NCBI RefSeq assembly: GCF_031769215.1
Contig: NW_026782254.1
Coordinates: forward strand, 62,001 to 126,000
Source: Ylistrum balloti
Lineage: Eukaryota
Direction of reading: 5' to 3'
DNA: 64,000 nt
The notes beneath the pieces were generated by a model. That model did not search any database, was not told the DNA's origin, and saw only the letters and a list, made by a program, of their open reading frames with translations. Every line of letters begins with the position of its first letter. Within the stretch, counting starts at the first letter, position 1. Below, piece after piece: positions 13,525-26,498 of the stretch. The translations under genes were made by a program, and so were the position numbers.

Positions 13525-15047
13525 TTTCGTCCGTTCAATCGTATGGTAGGCTGCTTAGCTCGTAGGTAGGTATGGTAGAGGGATTCTAATTCTTGGTGAT
13601 CCCTTACTGAAAGCTCCACAGTCCTTCTATCAGTCCTTGTAAATACCTGCCAGCAGTGGGCAACGCTGGGTGCGCTTCGAGTCATTTGTAACACGTCATT
13701 TCCTATTAGTGGTGAATTTCTTTCACGCGGATCGTTACGTTCCTCATCTATATGCAATCCGAAATCTAGCGCCTGGTGCCTAGATTCACAAAGAGGCTCA
13801 GAAGTCCAAGCTGTCAAGCAATGGATTTTCTCACCAGAAGTTCGTAACCGATCCAGAGCATAGCTTTCGTTCTCAAACGGTACACGCATTTCTTCTTGAT
13901 TTGCTAATGCGTCAAATTCTTGTCCTTCGTTTGACGAGTCAGACGTGTCCTCAAATCTATTACTTTGATCAGAGCTTCCCCATTTCTTATAGAGTTGGTC
14001 GTAAATGGAGAACGATTTTGCTTCTTGCCTTTCGTATTCATTTGATGAAGCACTCTCTGAACATTGTTCATCTGACGTATATAAGTAGTCTTCGTCACTT
14101 GAAGAAGGGTACTCAGCGACCATCAATCTCTGAAGGTCTTCTATGGTCGTTCCATTGAGTCCATATCTACGTAAGATACGTCGAGGTTGGTCCTCGGAAA
14201 CATCATGAGAGAAGCAACATTTTTCTTCACCAAATCTGCAATTACCTCGAATAAAATATTTGCATAAATGTAGAAATGAACATTTTCGAGACCTCTGACA
14301 TCCAATGTTCGAATTATAGAAGGAACAGATGCCAGGAAGAGTAAGACCTTTTCGGTTGTTTAAGCTGCTTAGTAATTCGCGAATCTGTTGGTTGGACAAT
14401 TTCTCCATCTTATGAAATTTCAGCACGGAGTTATTATGATTACTCCTCAAATTGTGACCGAAAATGCAATTTCTTCCTCTGGAACAGCGATTCATCATTT
14501 GAAATTTACAAATATGCAAACATTTACAGTTTGTTTCACATTTGCCATCTGAACTTCCATGGACCTTACAAATCTCCAAGTTGAAAGATAAAGTCAATAC
14601 ACTGGCGTTGTCAGGGCTACCTGTCAAAAGGTGACTGTAGTTTTGTATAAATCCGTTAACTGTATTGTCAGTAGAGAGTTTGAGCATGTCAGCATAAAGA
14701 CGTCTATGTGATTTTCGTAGAACATTTACTTGAACAGAGCCGCCATGGTTGACGAGAATACAAACTAGATCACTCACTAACTCATCTGATCCATACGGAG
14801 AAGACTGAGGATTACAAGTTCTACTGCTGTGCCTTATAATGTCCTCTTTCGTCTTGCTGTCTTTCATTCTTGATGGACTAGTTAGTGGTTGTGCTTTGTT
14901 GGTCGCTAAAGGAATTGCTGGATTGTCCTCCATGTTACGGATACTTTCATAAGTAGATGATGATGTATGTTTACCTTTTCTATTTTTCCCACCTCTGCGA
15001 CCTCGCCTTTGCCTGCTGTTATCTTCAGTCTCTCCCTGAGGATCCAT
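13525..15047 (-). CDS. CCCH zinc-finger antiviral protein (ZC3HAV1/ZAP, PARP12)-like; main coding exon
   Basis: Acceptor tattttttag precedes ATG at 15047 (MDPQG). Helical N-domain, four CCCH fingers in ZAP arrangement (CKVHGSSDGKCETNCKCLH, CKFQMMNRCSRGRNCIFGH, CSFYNSNIGCQRSRKCSFLH, CKYFIRGNCRFGEEKCCFSH) with the ZAP-type linker NHNNSVLKFHKMEKLSNQQIRELL, an acidic Ser-rich region and a WWE-like segment (HCWQVF...ELESLY). Ends at donor aa|gtaagt. Confidence 0.88.
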
Positions 15048-15558
15048 ATCTAAAAAAATAGTCTTCCAAATCAGTTCATTTTCCATTAACAAAATGTACA
15101 CCATTTGGTGGTTGATCAGTTTAGTTTTGAAAATAGTAAGAGAAGAAATTATGACATAACTTCTTTTTATCAACAAATTGCTCTATTCTTTTGTGTGTCT
15201 TTTGTTCAATCTTTATGCACATCAATGACACATTTCATACGCATAAACAGACATAAATAACAGATATGGGTATAGTATCATCATATCACGACATCAATTA
15301 GCTCAATAAGTGAACGCAGACATGTCAAATATGTCACTGCGTGCAGTCCTTTTAAACTGAAATTTTAAGTCGGTCGTATTCTTTTTGCATCATGTTGTTT
15401 GATGTACATGAGGTTTCGTTAATCTAAAGTATTAACAAATTCAACGAAAGTAAAACCGCCACGACAAAATGATTTTACAACATACTCAATAAACTTCAAT
15501 TCATAGGCCTTAAATGATCACGTGATTTCTGTGTGACCTGTTAAAGGTATAGTTTATA

Positions 15559-15597
15559 TTCCTAGAACTATCACTCAAAATGAAAGTGAAAGTGAAA
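15559..15597. promoter_or_regulatory. GAS (STAT) site plus tandem ISRE/IRF-E element upstream of the ZAP-like gene
   Basis: TTCCTAGAA at 15559-15567 (TTCN3GAA consensus) and GAAAGTGAAAGTGAAA at 15582-15597 (three GAAA half-sites with IRF spacing). An E-box TCACGTGA lies near 15518. Confidence 0.65.
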
Positions 15598-15816
15598 TAA
15601 ATTGATACTATATCATCGTGCATAGAAAATCTGCCGAGTGACATTGATAATATTTTACGATTAGAGATGGATTCACATAACATAGTCTGTGATTATCGAT
15701 TAAATCACTACTGAAGAAAATGAATGAAGACTTACAGTTAGGTCTATCATGGATTTGAAATGAAAAAAATGAAGTTGTACAGTATTTTTTGTTTCGATTT
15801 AAGTAAGTCACTTCCT

Positions 15817-16667
15817 AAGTATTAACAATTTGGTATGTAGATCTATGAGGTCGGTGTGATAAAATGGCTACATTTATAACAATTTGGTATGTAGATCTAT
15901 GTGGTCGTGGTGACAAAATGGCTACATTAATAGCAATTTGGTATGTAGATCTATGAGGCCGTGGTGATAAAATGACTACATTTATAACAATTTGGTATGT
16001 AGATCTATGAGGTCGGTGTGACAAAATGGCAACATTTATAGCAATTTGGTATGTAGATCTATGAGGTCGGTGTGATAAAATGACTACATTTATAACAATT
16101 TGGTATGTAGATCTATGAGGTCGGTGTGATAAAATGGCTGCATCTATAAGAATTTGGTATGGCGATCTATGAGGTCGTGGCGATAAAATGTCTTCATTTA
16201 TAACAATTTGGTATGTAGATATATGAGGTCGTGGTGACAAAATGACTACATTTATAACAATTTGGTATGTAGATCTATGTGGTCGGTGTGATAAAATGAC
16301 TACATTTATAACAATATGGTATGTAGATCTATGAGGTCGGTGTGATAAAATGACTACATTTATAACAATTTGGTATGTAGATCTATGTGGTCGGTGTGAT
16401 AAAATGGCTACATTGATAACAATTTGGTATGTAGATCTATGAGGTGATAAAATGACTACATTTATAACAATTTGGTATGTAGATCTATGAGGTCGGTGTG
16501 ATAAAATGACTACATTTATAACAATTTGGTATGTAGATCTATGAGGTGATAAAATGGCTACATTTATAACAATTTGGTATGTAGATCTATGAGGCCGTGG
16601 TGACAAAATGACTACATTTATGATAATTTGGTATGTAGATCTATGAGGTCGTGATGATAAAATGACT
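15817..16667. repeat. 54-bp minisatellite, array 1 (about 16 units, some 48-bp variants)
   Basis: Unit catttataacaatttggtatgtagatctatgaggtcggtgtgataaaatgacta; explains the 18-aa periodic ORF 15815..16606. Confidence 0.95.
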
Positions 16668-18179
16668 CGTGTTTGTTTTGCATCACGTACAAAGCTAACA
16701 TACTTTTCAATGAAAGCTTCTCTGTTTATACAAAAGAGCTGGTCTAAATGAGTAATATAGACGAATATTGTTCTTGAAGGCTTCTAACAATGCACTCGGT
16801 CATGAAAAACCTCACTATCCCCAAAGAGAGAGAAAAACAAATAAAAAACAAAACATACCACGAACACACAAAAAGAAAACGAAAAAGGGTTTCTAGCAGT
16901 TTTACAATGTATGTGTATCTCCTCTACATGTATTCTTTAAACTGAAGTATGACTAGAAATCCTTTGTAACAAGATCGAATTATCATATGTTATATCTGGT
17001 ATTAGCATTGACAGTACTTTGTATACCCAAAGTCACGTGATTTGCATTAAAGTGGTCATACATACCCTTAACTATAGTTAATGACACTGTGGACATTACA
17101 GACGTTTGGGAGTTGCCTTTGTAATTATATATAGATAGGTTTTATCTTGTAATTGTTCATCTTTATCTGTCTGTATAATGTTTATAGAATCATTCAATAA
17201 AACATGATTTGACGTCATAAACGCTCTATTGATTATTGAAAGCAGAGGGAATCATAAATTGTATGACGGGAGAACGAGACAGATAACGTCAAACCTTTTT
17301 GAAAGATGTTATTTACTTATGGTACGGTTATTTGTTTAACGAGGATGACCAAAGATCTTGAAAATTTATCTATATGGTAATTTTCAAATAATTTCTAAAA
17401 CAATGCATTTTTGAAACAATGAATTACTGTGTAAAACACATTTTTGCTTAAAACTTTCATCAACATTAGGTTAAAGTTGAACGTTAAAGAAACTACAGTT
17501 TTTGCGATAAGATAGTTTCAGTAGATTGCCCTTAAGTGGGCCTCATTATCATGTGACTGCCATGAGGTAATGGACGCTATTATAGTAGATATTATTATAC
17601 AGGAAGTTATTAGATATTTCATAGATCGTTCAATATTTCCTGTGTAATGTAATCCATCTTTCACAAATGAAATCGTATAAACACATTGAATAAATCTGGC
17701 GCCATTTTTCCTTCAATGAATACTGAATTGTTTTACAATAATTTTGAAATGATATACTCACCACGAATCTTGGTGGTTGTTGACCAATGGCAGAGTATTG
17801 TTTACTTCTGTTGTGAAGGAATCTATTGCTTGGCGTCGTTCTATGGCTGTTCTGTGTTACTTATGTCCCTTTTACGTCAATACCTGGTGACATTATAGGC
17901 AAAAGTATATCTGGTCCACTATAGATATCGAGAGAACGACTCATAACAAGTGGTAGTCAACAAATATTTACGTCATAGTATTGGCCTTCCTGGTACAACT
18001 TATTTTTAACATATACCGATGACAACGATATATGTATATATATATAATCATAAGGACTATATTTAGATCTCAGTATGTTAATGCCTTCCAAGAAGTGGCT
18101 ATCTTTGTATGTTAAATAAAATTGAAAAATGTCTGTTCTGAGCGATGGCGATTTCCAATTTATACAAATTTATTATCAT

Positions 18180-20022
18180 CTTTATGTAGATCTATGAGGT
18201 GATGAAATGGCTACATTTATAACAATCTATCATGGATTTGAAATGAAAAAAATGAAGTTGTACAGTATTTTTTGTTTCGATTTAAGTAAGTCACTTCCTC
18301 AGTATTAACAATTTGATATGTAAATCTATGAGGTCGGTGTGATAAAATGGCTACATTTATAACAATTTGGTATGTAGATCTATGAGGTCGGTGTGATAAA
18401 ATGGCTACATTTATAGCAATTTGGTATGTAGATCTATGAGGCCGTGGTGATAAAATGACTCTACATTTATAACAATTTGGTATGTAGATCTATGAGGTCG
18501 TGGTGATAAAGTTACTACATTTATAACAATTTAGTATTTAGATCTATGAGGTCGGTGTGATAAAATGACTCTACATTTATAACAATTTGGTATGTAGATC
18601 TATGAGGTCGTGGTGATAAAATGACTCTACATTTATAACAATTTGGTATGTAGATCTATGTGGTCGTGGTGATCAAATGGCTACATTTATAACAATTTGG
18701 TTTGTAGATCTATGAGGTCGTGGTGATAAAATGACTACATTTATAACAATTTGGTAGGTAGATCTATGAGTTCGTGGTGATCAAATGGCTACATTTATAA
18801 CAATTTGGTATGTAGATCTATGAGGTGATAAAATGACTCTACATTTATAACAATTTGGTATGTAGATCTATGTGGTCGTGGTGATCAAATGGCTACATTT
18901 ATAGCAATTTGGTTTGTAGATCTATGAGGTCGTGGTGATAAAATGACTCTACATTTATAACAATTTGGTATGTAGCTACATTTATAACAATTTGGAATGT
19001 AGATCTTTATGGTCGGTGTGATAAAATGACTACATTTATAACAATTTGGTATGTAGATCTATGAGGTCGGGATGATAAAATGACTCTACATTGATAACTA
19101 ATTGGTATGTAGATCTATGAGGTCGGTGTGATAAAATGACTACATTTATAACAATTTGGTATGTAGATCTATGAGGCCGTGGTGATAAAATGACTACATT
19201 TATAACAATTTGGTATGTAGATCTATGAGGTCGGTGTGATAAAATGGCTACATTTATAACAATTTGGTATGTAGATCTATGAGGTCGGTGTGATAAAATG
19301 GCTACATTTATAAAAAAATTGGTATGTAGATCTATGAGGTCGTGGTGACAAAATGGCTACATTTATAACAATTTGGGATGTAGATCTATGAGGTCGTGGT
19401 GACAAAATGGCTACATTTATAGAAATTTGGTATGTAGATCTATGAGGCCGTGGTGACAAAATGACTACATTTATAACAATTTGGTATGTAGAACTATGAG
19501 GTCGTGGTGATGAAATGACTACATTTATAACAATTTGGTATGTAGAACTATGAGGTCGTGGTGATGAAATGACTACATTTATAACAATTTGGTATGTAGA
19601 TCTATGAGGTCGTGGTGATAAAATGGCTACATTTATAACTAATTGGTATGTAGATCTATGTGGTCGTGGTGACAAAATGACTACATTTATAACAATTTGG
19701 AATGTAGATCTATATGGTCGGTGTGATAAAATGGCTACATTTATAACAATTTGGTATGTAGATCTATGAGGTCATGGTGATAAAATGACAACATTTATAA
19801 CAATTTGGTATGTAGATCTATGAGGGCGGGATGATAAAATGACTCTACATTGATAACTAATTGGTATGTAGATCTATGAGGCCGTGGTGATAAAATGACA
19901 ACATTTATAACAATTTGGTATGTAGATCTATGAGGTCGTGGTGATAAAATGACTACATTTATAACAATTTTGTATGTAGATCTATGAGGCCGTGGTGACA
20001 AAATGACTCTACATTGATAATA
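18180..20022. repeat. 54-bp minisatellite, array 2 (about 32 units), with an embedded 74-bp unique segment
   Basis: Same unit as 15817-16667, with 56-bp (gactcta) and 48-bp variants. Segment 18226-18299 is identical to 15743-15816. Confidence 0.95.
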
Positions 20023-20329
20023 TGTAATATTTTGCTCTACAATGCCTAAACATCAGTTTCTATCGGAAGTTATTATTCATCTGTTTGTCTTTTCATTATC
20101 ATATAGATTATTTTGCAAAATGCACGTTTTCCGGATACGTATATATACACAGAGAATAAGGTAAAGCTGGTCGGCTAACATGCTAATGAACGAATACACG
20201 ATAATGCCCTTGACATTTATTCAATGTATCACACATAACACCATATAATTTCTTTACAGTACATCTGTGTTATATATGTAACAGGTTGCCTGACTCGTGT
20301 GTTTTTTAAAGGTTATAGTGTGTCTATAT

Positions 20330-23150
20330 CGTAAATAAATTGGTTGTGTGATTCGTTTGTATTTATGAAAGTTACAGGGAGCTTGACTCGTGTGTGTTAT
20401 ATAGATAACAGACTGCCTGAATCGTGTGTGTTATAATTGGTAACATGATGCCTGAACAGGGTGCCTCTAGCGTGTGTGTTTTATAGGTAACAGGGTGCCT
20501 AAAGCGTGTGTGTTATATTGGTAACATGGTGCCTAAAGCGTGTGTGTTATATTGGTAACATGGTGCCTAAAGCGTGTGTGTTTTGTAGGTAACAAGGTGC
20601 TTAAAGCGTGTGTGTTATATAGGAAACAGGATGCCTAAAGCGTGTGTGTTTTATAGGTAACATTGTGCCTAAAGCGTGTGTGTTATATAGGTAACAGGGT
20701 GCCTAAAGCGTGTGAGTTATATATATGTGTTGTGAAGGTTATAGGGTGTATGAGTCGTGTGTGTTGTGAAGGTTATAAGGTGTCTTAGTCATATGTGTTG
20801 TGAAGGTTATAGGGTGTCTGAGTCGTGTGTGGTGTGGACGTTATAGGGTGTCTGAGTCATATGTGTTGTGATGGTTATAAGGGGTCTGAGTCATATGTGT
20901 TGTGAAGGTTATAAGGTGTCTGAGTCGTGTGTGTTGTAAAAGTTATAAGATATCTGAGTCATAAGTGTTGTGAAGGTTATAGAGTGTCTGAGTAGTGTGT
21001 GTTGTTAAGGTGAAAGGATGTCTGAGTCGTGTGTGTTGTTAAGGTTATATGTCTGAGTCATGTGTGTTATGAAGGTTATAAGGTGTATGAGTCGGGTGTG
21101 TTGTGAATGAAGGTTATGGGGTATCTGAGTCTTTTTTTTTGAAAGTTATAAGGTGTCTGAGTCATGTGTGTTGTGAAGGTTATAGGGTGTCTGAGTCGGT
21201 TGTGCTGTGAATGAAGGTTATAGAGTGTCTGAGTCGGGAGTGTTCTGAAGGTTATAGAGTGTCTGAGTCATATGTGTTGTGAAAGTTATAAGGTGTCTGA
21301 GTCATATGTGTTGAGAAAGTTATGGAGTGTCTAAGTCGTGTGTGTTGTGAAGGTGAAAGGGTGTCGGAGTCATGTGTGTTGTGTAGGTTATAGGGTGTCG
21401 GAGTCGTGTGCGTTGTGAAAATTATAGGGTGTCGGAGTCGTGTGTGTTGTGAAGGTAATAGGGTGTCTGAGTCATATTTGTTGTGAAGGTTTTAAGGTGT
21501 CTGAGTCAAATGTGTTGTGAATGTTATAGGGTATCTGAGTCGTGTGTGTTTTGAAAGCGTGTGTTTTATATAAAAGGTAAAAGGGTGTCTGAAGCGTGTT
21601 TGTTTTATAGGTAACAGGGTGCCTAGAGCGCGTGTTATATAGGTTACAGGGTGCCAGTCTCACGTGTGTTATATATGTGTTGTGAAGATTATAGGGTGTC
21701 TGAGTCATATGTGTTGTGAAGGTTATATGGTGTCTGAGTCATATGTGTTGTGAAGGTTATATGGTGTCTGAGTCGTGTGTGTTGTGAAGGTTATAGGGTG
21801 TCTGAGTCGTGTTTGGTGTGGAGGTTATAGGGTGTCTGAGTTGTTTGTGTTGTGACATTTATAAGGTGTCGGAGTCGGGTGTGTTGTGAAGGAAGGTTAT
21901 AGGGTGTCTGAGTCGGGAGTGTTGTGAAGGTTATTGAGTGTCTGAGTAGTGTGTGATGTGAAGGTTTTAGGGTGTCTGAGTAGTGTGTGTTGTGAAGGTT
22001 ATAGGGTGTCTGAGTCGTGTGTGTTGTGAAAGTTATAGGGCGTCTGAGTCGGGTGTGTTGTGAAGGTTAAAGAGTGTTAGAGTAGTGTTTGTTGTGAAGG
22101 TTATAGAGTGTCTAAGTCGTGTGTATTGTGAAGGTGAAAGGGTGTTGGAGTCGTGTGTGTTGTGAAGGTTATAGGGTGTCTAAGTCGTGTGTGTTGTGAA
22201 GGTTATAGGGTATCTGATTCATATATGTTGTGAAGGTGAAAGGGTGTCGGAGTCGTGTGTGTTGTGAAGGTTATAGGGTGTCGGAGTCGTGTGTGTTGTG
22301 AAGGTTATAGAGTGTCTGAGTCGTGTGTATTATGAAAGTTATAGGGTGTGTGAGCAGCAGTGTGTGGTGAAGGTTTTAGGGTGTGTGAGCAGTGTGTTGT
22401 GTAGGTTATAGGTTTTCTGAGTCGTGTGTATTGTGAAGGTGATTATAGGGTGTCTGAGTGGGGTGTGTTGTAATGGTTATAGGGTGTTTGAGTCGTGTGT
22501 GTTGTGAAGGTAATAGGGTGTCTGAGTCGTGTGTGTTGTAATGGTTATAGGGTGTCGGAGTCGTGTGTGTTGTGAAGGTTATAGGGTGTCTGAGTCGGGA
22601 GTGTTGTGAAGGTTATTGAGTGTCTGAGTAGTGTGTGATGTGAAGGTTTTAGGGTGTCTGAGTAGTGTGTGTTGTGAAGGTTATAGGGTGTCTGAGTCGG
22701 GTGTGTTGTGAAGGTTAAAGAGTGTTAGAGTAGTGTTGGTTGTGAAGGTTATAGAGTGTCTAAGTCGTGTGTATTGTGAAGGTGAAAGGGTGTTGGAGTC
22801 GTGTGTGTTGTGAAGGTAATAGGGTGTCCGAGTCGTGTGTATTGTGAAAGTTATAGGGTGTCTGAGTCGTGTGTGTTGTAATGGTTATAGGGTGTCGGAG
22901 TCGTGTGTGTTGTGAAGGTTATAGGGTGTCGGAGTCGTGTGTGTTGTGAAGGTTATAGAGTGTCTGAGTCGTGTGTGTTATGAAGGTTATAGGGTGTGTG
23001 AGCAGCAGTGTGTGGTGAAGGTTTTAGGGTGTGTGAGCAGTGTGTTGTGTAGGTTATAGGTTTTCTGAGTCGTGTGTATTGTGAAGGTGGTTATAGGGTG
23101 TCTGAGTCGTGTGTGTTGTAATGGTTATGTAGTTTCTGAGTCATGTGTAT
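20330..23150. repeat. 34-bp G/T-rich satellite with two unit subtypes
   Basis: Main unit ggttatagggtgtctgagtcgtgtgtgttgtgaa; variant gtgcctaaagcgtgtgtgttatataggtaacagg at about 20440-20710 and 21560-21680. Confidence 0.93.
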
Positions 23151-23299
23151 TTAAGCCCAGTCAGAATCAAGCCAAATTAAACAGCCTGTAGACTACATTC
23201 TAAGAGATAACATAAACAATGAATGAGATATTTATCTCTTCTTGTATCAGCTGTTTCTCTTCTCGTCAATAGATTAATTCATTTACTTTATTGATTTTT

Positions 23300-23337
<38 letters not shown>

Positions 23338-23439
23338 AAATATCTCAACATAAATAAATAGACAATTCACAATAGGTAATTCAATATCGTCACCCTTATC
23401 ATACAGTTTGGTGGAAAGTTGTAAATAATAATCTCATAG

Positions 23440-23504
23440 AAGGAAAAGATGGGGAAAGTCGTCTAAGGCTGAAGAGTTTGTCGTGTCCTAGATTTCTAAT
23501 ACAG
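23440..23504 (+). other. Candidate 5' non-coding exon of the LRR-GPCR gene (start position approximate)
   Basis: Strong donor acag|gtgagt at 23504/23505, upstream of the signal-peptide exon. No transcript evidence. Confidence 0.3.
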
Positions 23505-24383
23505 GTGAGTATACACAATGTTTTGTAATAAGTTAGTTATATAAAGAAAATGTATTATCAATATATATCTCAGAGTAATTTAGAATGATTTTTTCAAGGT
23601 CTGTGTTACCTGTTTTCATACGCTCATGAATATATTCAGACTTGCATGAAGACAAAAAAAGTCCGTCAACTAAGGGGCACAGTTAGTTCCCAGAGGTATG
23701 CGAACAGTCTGTTAAAAAGTCTTGCCGAAAAACTCGACGAAATTCATCATTCTCCAGCATATTTCTTTTTTGTTTTTGAACATTTTTTTGACAAAACATG
23801 TTTCAGTGTAGTTATGTATATGTTATTGCAACCAGCGGAGAAATGCTCATATGGAAGAAATTATGTTTAGACTTTTCAGGATTGGTTAAAAAACACACTT
23901 AGAAATTCCTTAAAATCCACATTTCATTTTCAGTAAGACATAAAAAGTAAGAAGCTGCATTAAAGTTATGAGTGATCAATTAGACGAGCCAGCAATAAAA
24001 CGCTGTATAGGTTATGTTGAAGTTTAGGTGTAATATGTGATTATTGAATGTGTTAAAGTTTTATGCTGTGCTATATTATTAGGGACAGGATCTCCCTCAA
24101 ACTTTCGACCAATATCAATATTTATGTAGGGATACTCAAATAACTTTCTGTAACTTTCTCCACCTCACAAGTCGTGTTATAAGTTACCAAGACAGTATCA
24201 GCGGGTGATTTAAACACCAGTAAAACAGAAATATAAGCTACTGTCCAGATTATCGAATCATAGAGAGATATTAGATAACGAAGCTAGTAAATTTTAGGAA
24301 AACACTATGCTAAGCCTATGTGAGAACGTGACAGCGAAACATTGGTGTCATATACAAATAAATTAGGCAGAGCAGGCTGCCGC

Positions 24384-25936
24384 CAGGACAGTTGTTCTGT
24401 TACTCCGCTCCGGTCTCCAGGACAGTAGTTCTGTTACATCGCTCCAGTATCCAGGACAGTTAATCTGTTGCACCGCTCCAGTCTCCAGGACAGTAAATCT
24501 GTTACACAACTCCAGTCTCCAGGACAGTAGATCTGTTACATTGTTCCAGTCTCCAAGACAGTAGATCTGTTACATTGTTCCAGTCTCCAGGACAGTAGAT
24601 CTGTTACATTGTTCCAGTCTCCAGGACAGTAGATCTGTTACATTGTTCCAGACCTTAGGACAGTAGATCTGTTACATTGTTCCAGTCTCCAGGACAGCAG
24701 ATCTGTTACACCTCTCCAGTCTCCAGGACAGCAAATCTGTTACATTGTTCCAGTCTCCAGGACAGTAGATCTGTTACATTGTTCCAGTCTCCAGGACAGT
24801 AGATCTGTTACATTGTTCCAGTCTCCAGGACAGTAGTTCTGTTACATTGTTCCAGTCTCCAGGACAGTAGATCTGTTACATTGTTCCAGTCTCCAGGACA
24901 GCAGATCTGTTACATTGTTCCAGTCTCCAAGACAGTAAATCTGTTACATTGTTCCAGTCTCCAGGACAGTAGATCTGTTACATTGTTCCAGTCTCCAGGA
25001 CAGTAGTTCTGTTACATTGTTCCAGTCTCCAGGACAGTAGTTCTGTTACATTGTTCCAGTCTCCAGGACAGTAGATCTGTTACATTGTTCCAGTCTCCAG
25101 GACAGTAGATCTGTTACATTGTTCCAGTCTCCAGGACAGTAGATCTGTTACATTGTTCCAGTCTCCAGGACAGTAGATCTGTTACATTGTTCCAGTCTCC
25201 AGGACAGTAGATCTGTTACATTGTTCCAGTCTCAGGACAGTAAATCTGTTACAGTCTCCAGGACAGTCTGTTATCTGTTACATTGTTCCAGTCTCCAGGA
25301 CAGTAGATCTGTTACATTGTTCCAGTCTCCAGGACAGTAGATCTGTTACATTGTTCCAGTCTCCAGGACAGTAGATCTGTTACATTGTTCCAGTCTCCAG
25401 GACAGTAGTTCTGTTACATTGTTCCAGTCTCCAGGACAGTAGATCTGTTACATTGTTCCAGTCTCCAGGACAGTAGATCTGTTACATTGTTCCAGTCTCC
25501 AGGACAGTAGATCTGTTACATTGTTCCAGTCTCCAGGACAGTAGTTCTGTTACATTGTTCCAGTCTCCAGGACAGTAAATCTGTTACATTGTTCCAGTCT
25601 CCAGGACAGTAGATCTGTTACATTGTTCCAGTCTCCAGGACAGTAGATCTGTTACATTGTTCCAGTCTCCAGGACAGTAGATCTGTTACATTGTTCCAGT
25701 CTCCAGGACAGTAGATCTGTTACATTGTTCCAGTCTCCAGGACAGTAGATCTGTTACATTGTTCCAGTCTCCAGGACAGTAAATCTGTTACATTGTTCCA
25801 GTCTCCAGGACAGCAGATCTGTTACACCGCTCCAGTCTCCAGGACAGTAGATCTGTTACATTGTTCCAGTCTCCAGGACAGTAGATCTGTTACATTGTTC
25901 CAGTCTCAAGGACAGTAGATCTGTTACATTGTTCCA
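24384..25936. repeat. 34-bp highly homogeneous satellite (about 45 units)
   Basis: Unit ccagtctccaggacagtagatctgttacattgtt; edge units are more diverged. Confidence 0.96.
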
Positions 25937-25962
25937 ATAATTGCAAAAATATAGCCGTAAAC

Positions 25963-26170
25963 ATGTTTAATACATTATCAAGGTGTGTTTTCTTAATAAT
26001 GATTTGTACATTTAGTGTGAACTTAAGGATAACTGGGGACATTTCAGAGGAAAGTGTAAAAACTCAGGATAGGTCTAAAGCAGAAACGATCCATTTTGAT
26101 AGTTCCGTTAAGAAACTTCAAAGAAGAGGTCCACGTTTGAAGAGACACAAGTCAAAAGGATGTTTGAAAG
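25963..26170 (+). CDS. Predicted first coding exon of the LRR-GPCR (signal peptide plus basic pro-region)
   Basis: MFNTLSRCVFLIMICTFSVNLRITG is signal-peptide-like, followed by ...KKLQRRGPRLKRHKSKGCLK. Strong donor aaag|gtaagt, phase 1, compatible with the next exon. Confidence 0.55.
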
Positions 26171-26498
26171 GTAAGTTTTTTTTAAAAAAAAAAAAAATAA
26201 ATAAGTAGGCTCTAATTTTAATACAATTAAGTTTCCCCTTACAACGTTTAGATTATCCTATATATGGTTACAAATGCACGGGAGTGAGGAAAAACTATAA
26301 CAATGAAAAAGACTAAATAATATCTGCTACTCCAATCACCCCAATCGTTTTTCCATAGACATCTAGTGTCAGAGAATTTACGCGGATGTTATCATCAAAG
26401 ACTATTGTTTTCGCCTGACGCAGACAGTCCTTTTATCACCAGACACCCATCCAGATACTGTCTGTCGATGTCTTCCTAGTCATACACGACCCTTTCTG

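Noticed and set aside
15048-15176. N-terminal 43 aa of the 551-aa ORF
   Set aside because: AT-rich, intron-like sequence ending in a good acceptor (tattttttag) just before the ATG at 15047.
15815-20001. Periodic ORFs (HRPHRSTYQIVINVVILS)n
   Set aside because: By-product of the 54-bp repeat; frequent 2-nt indel variants break the frame.
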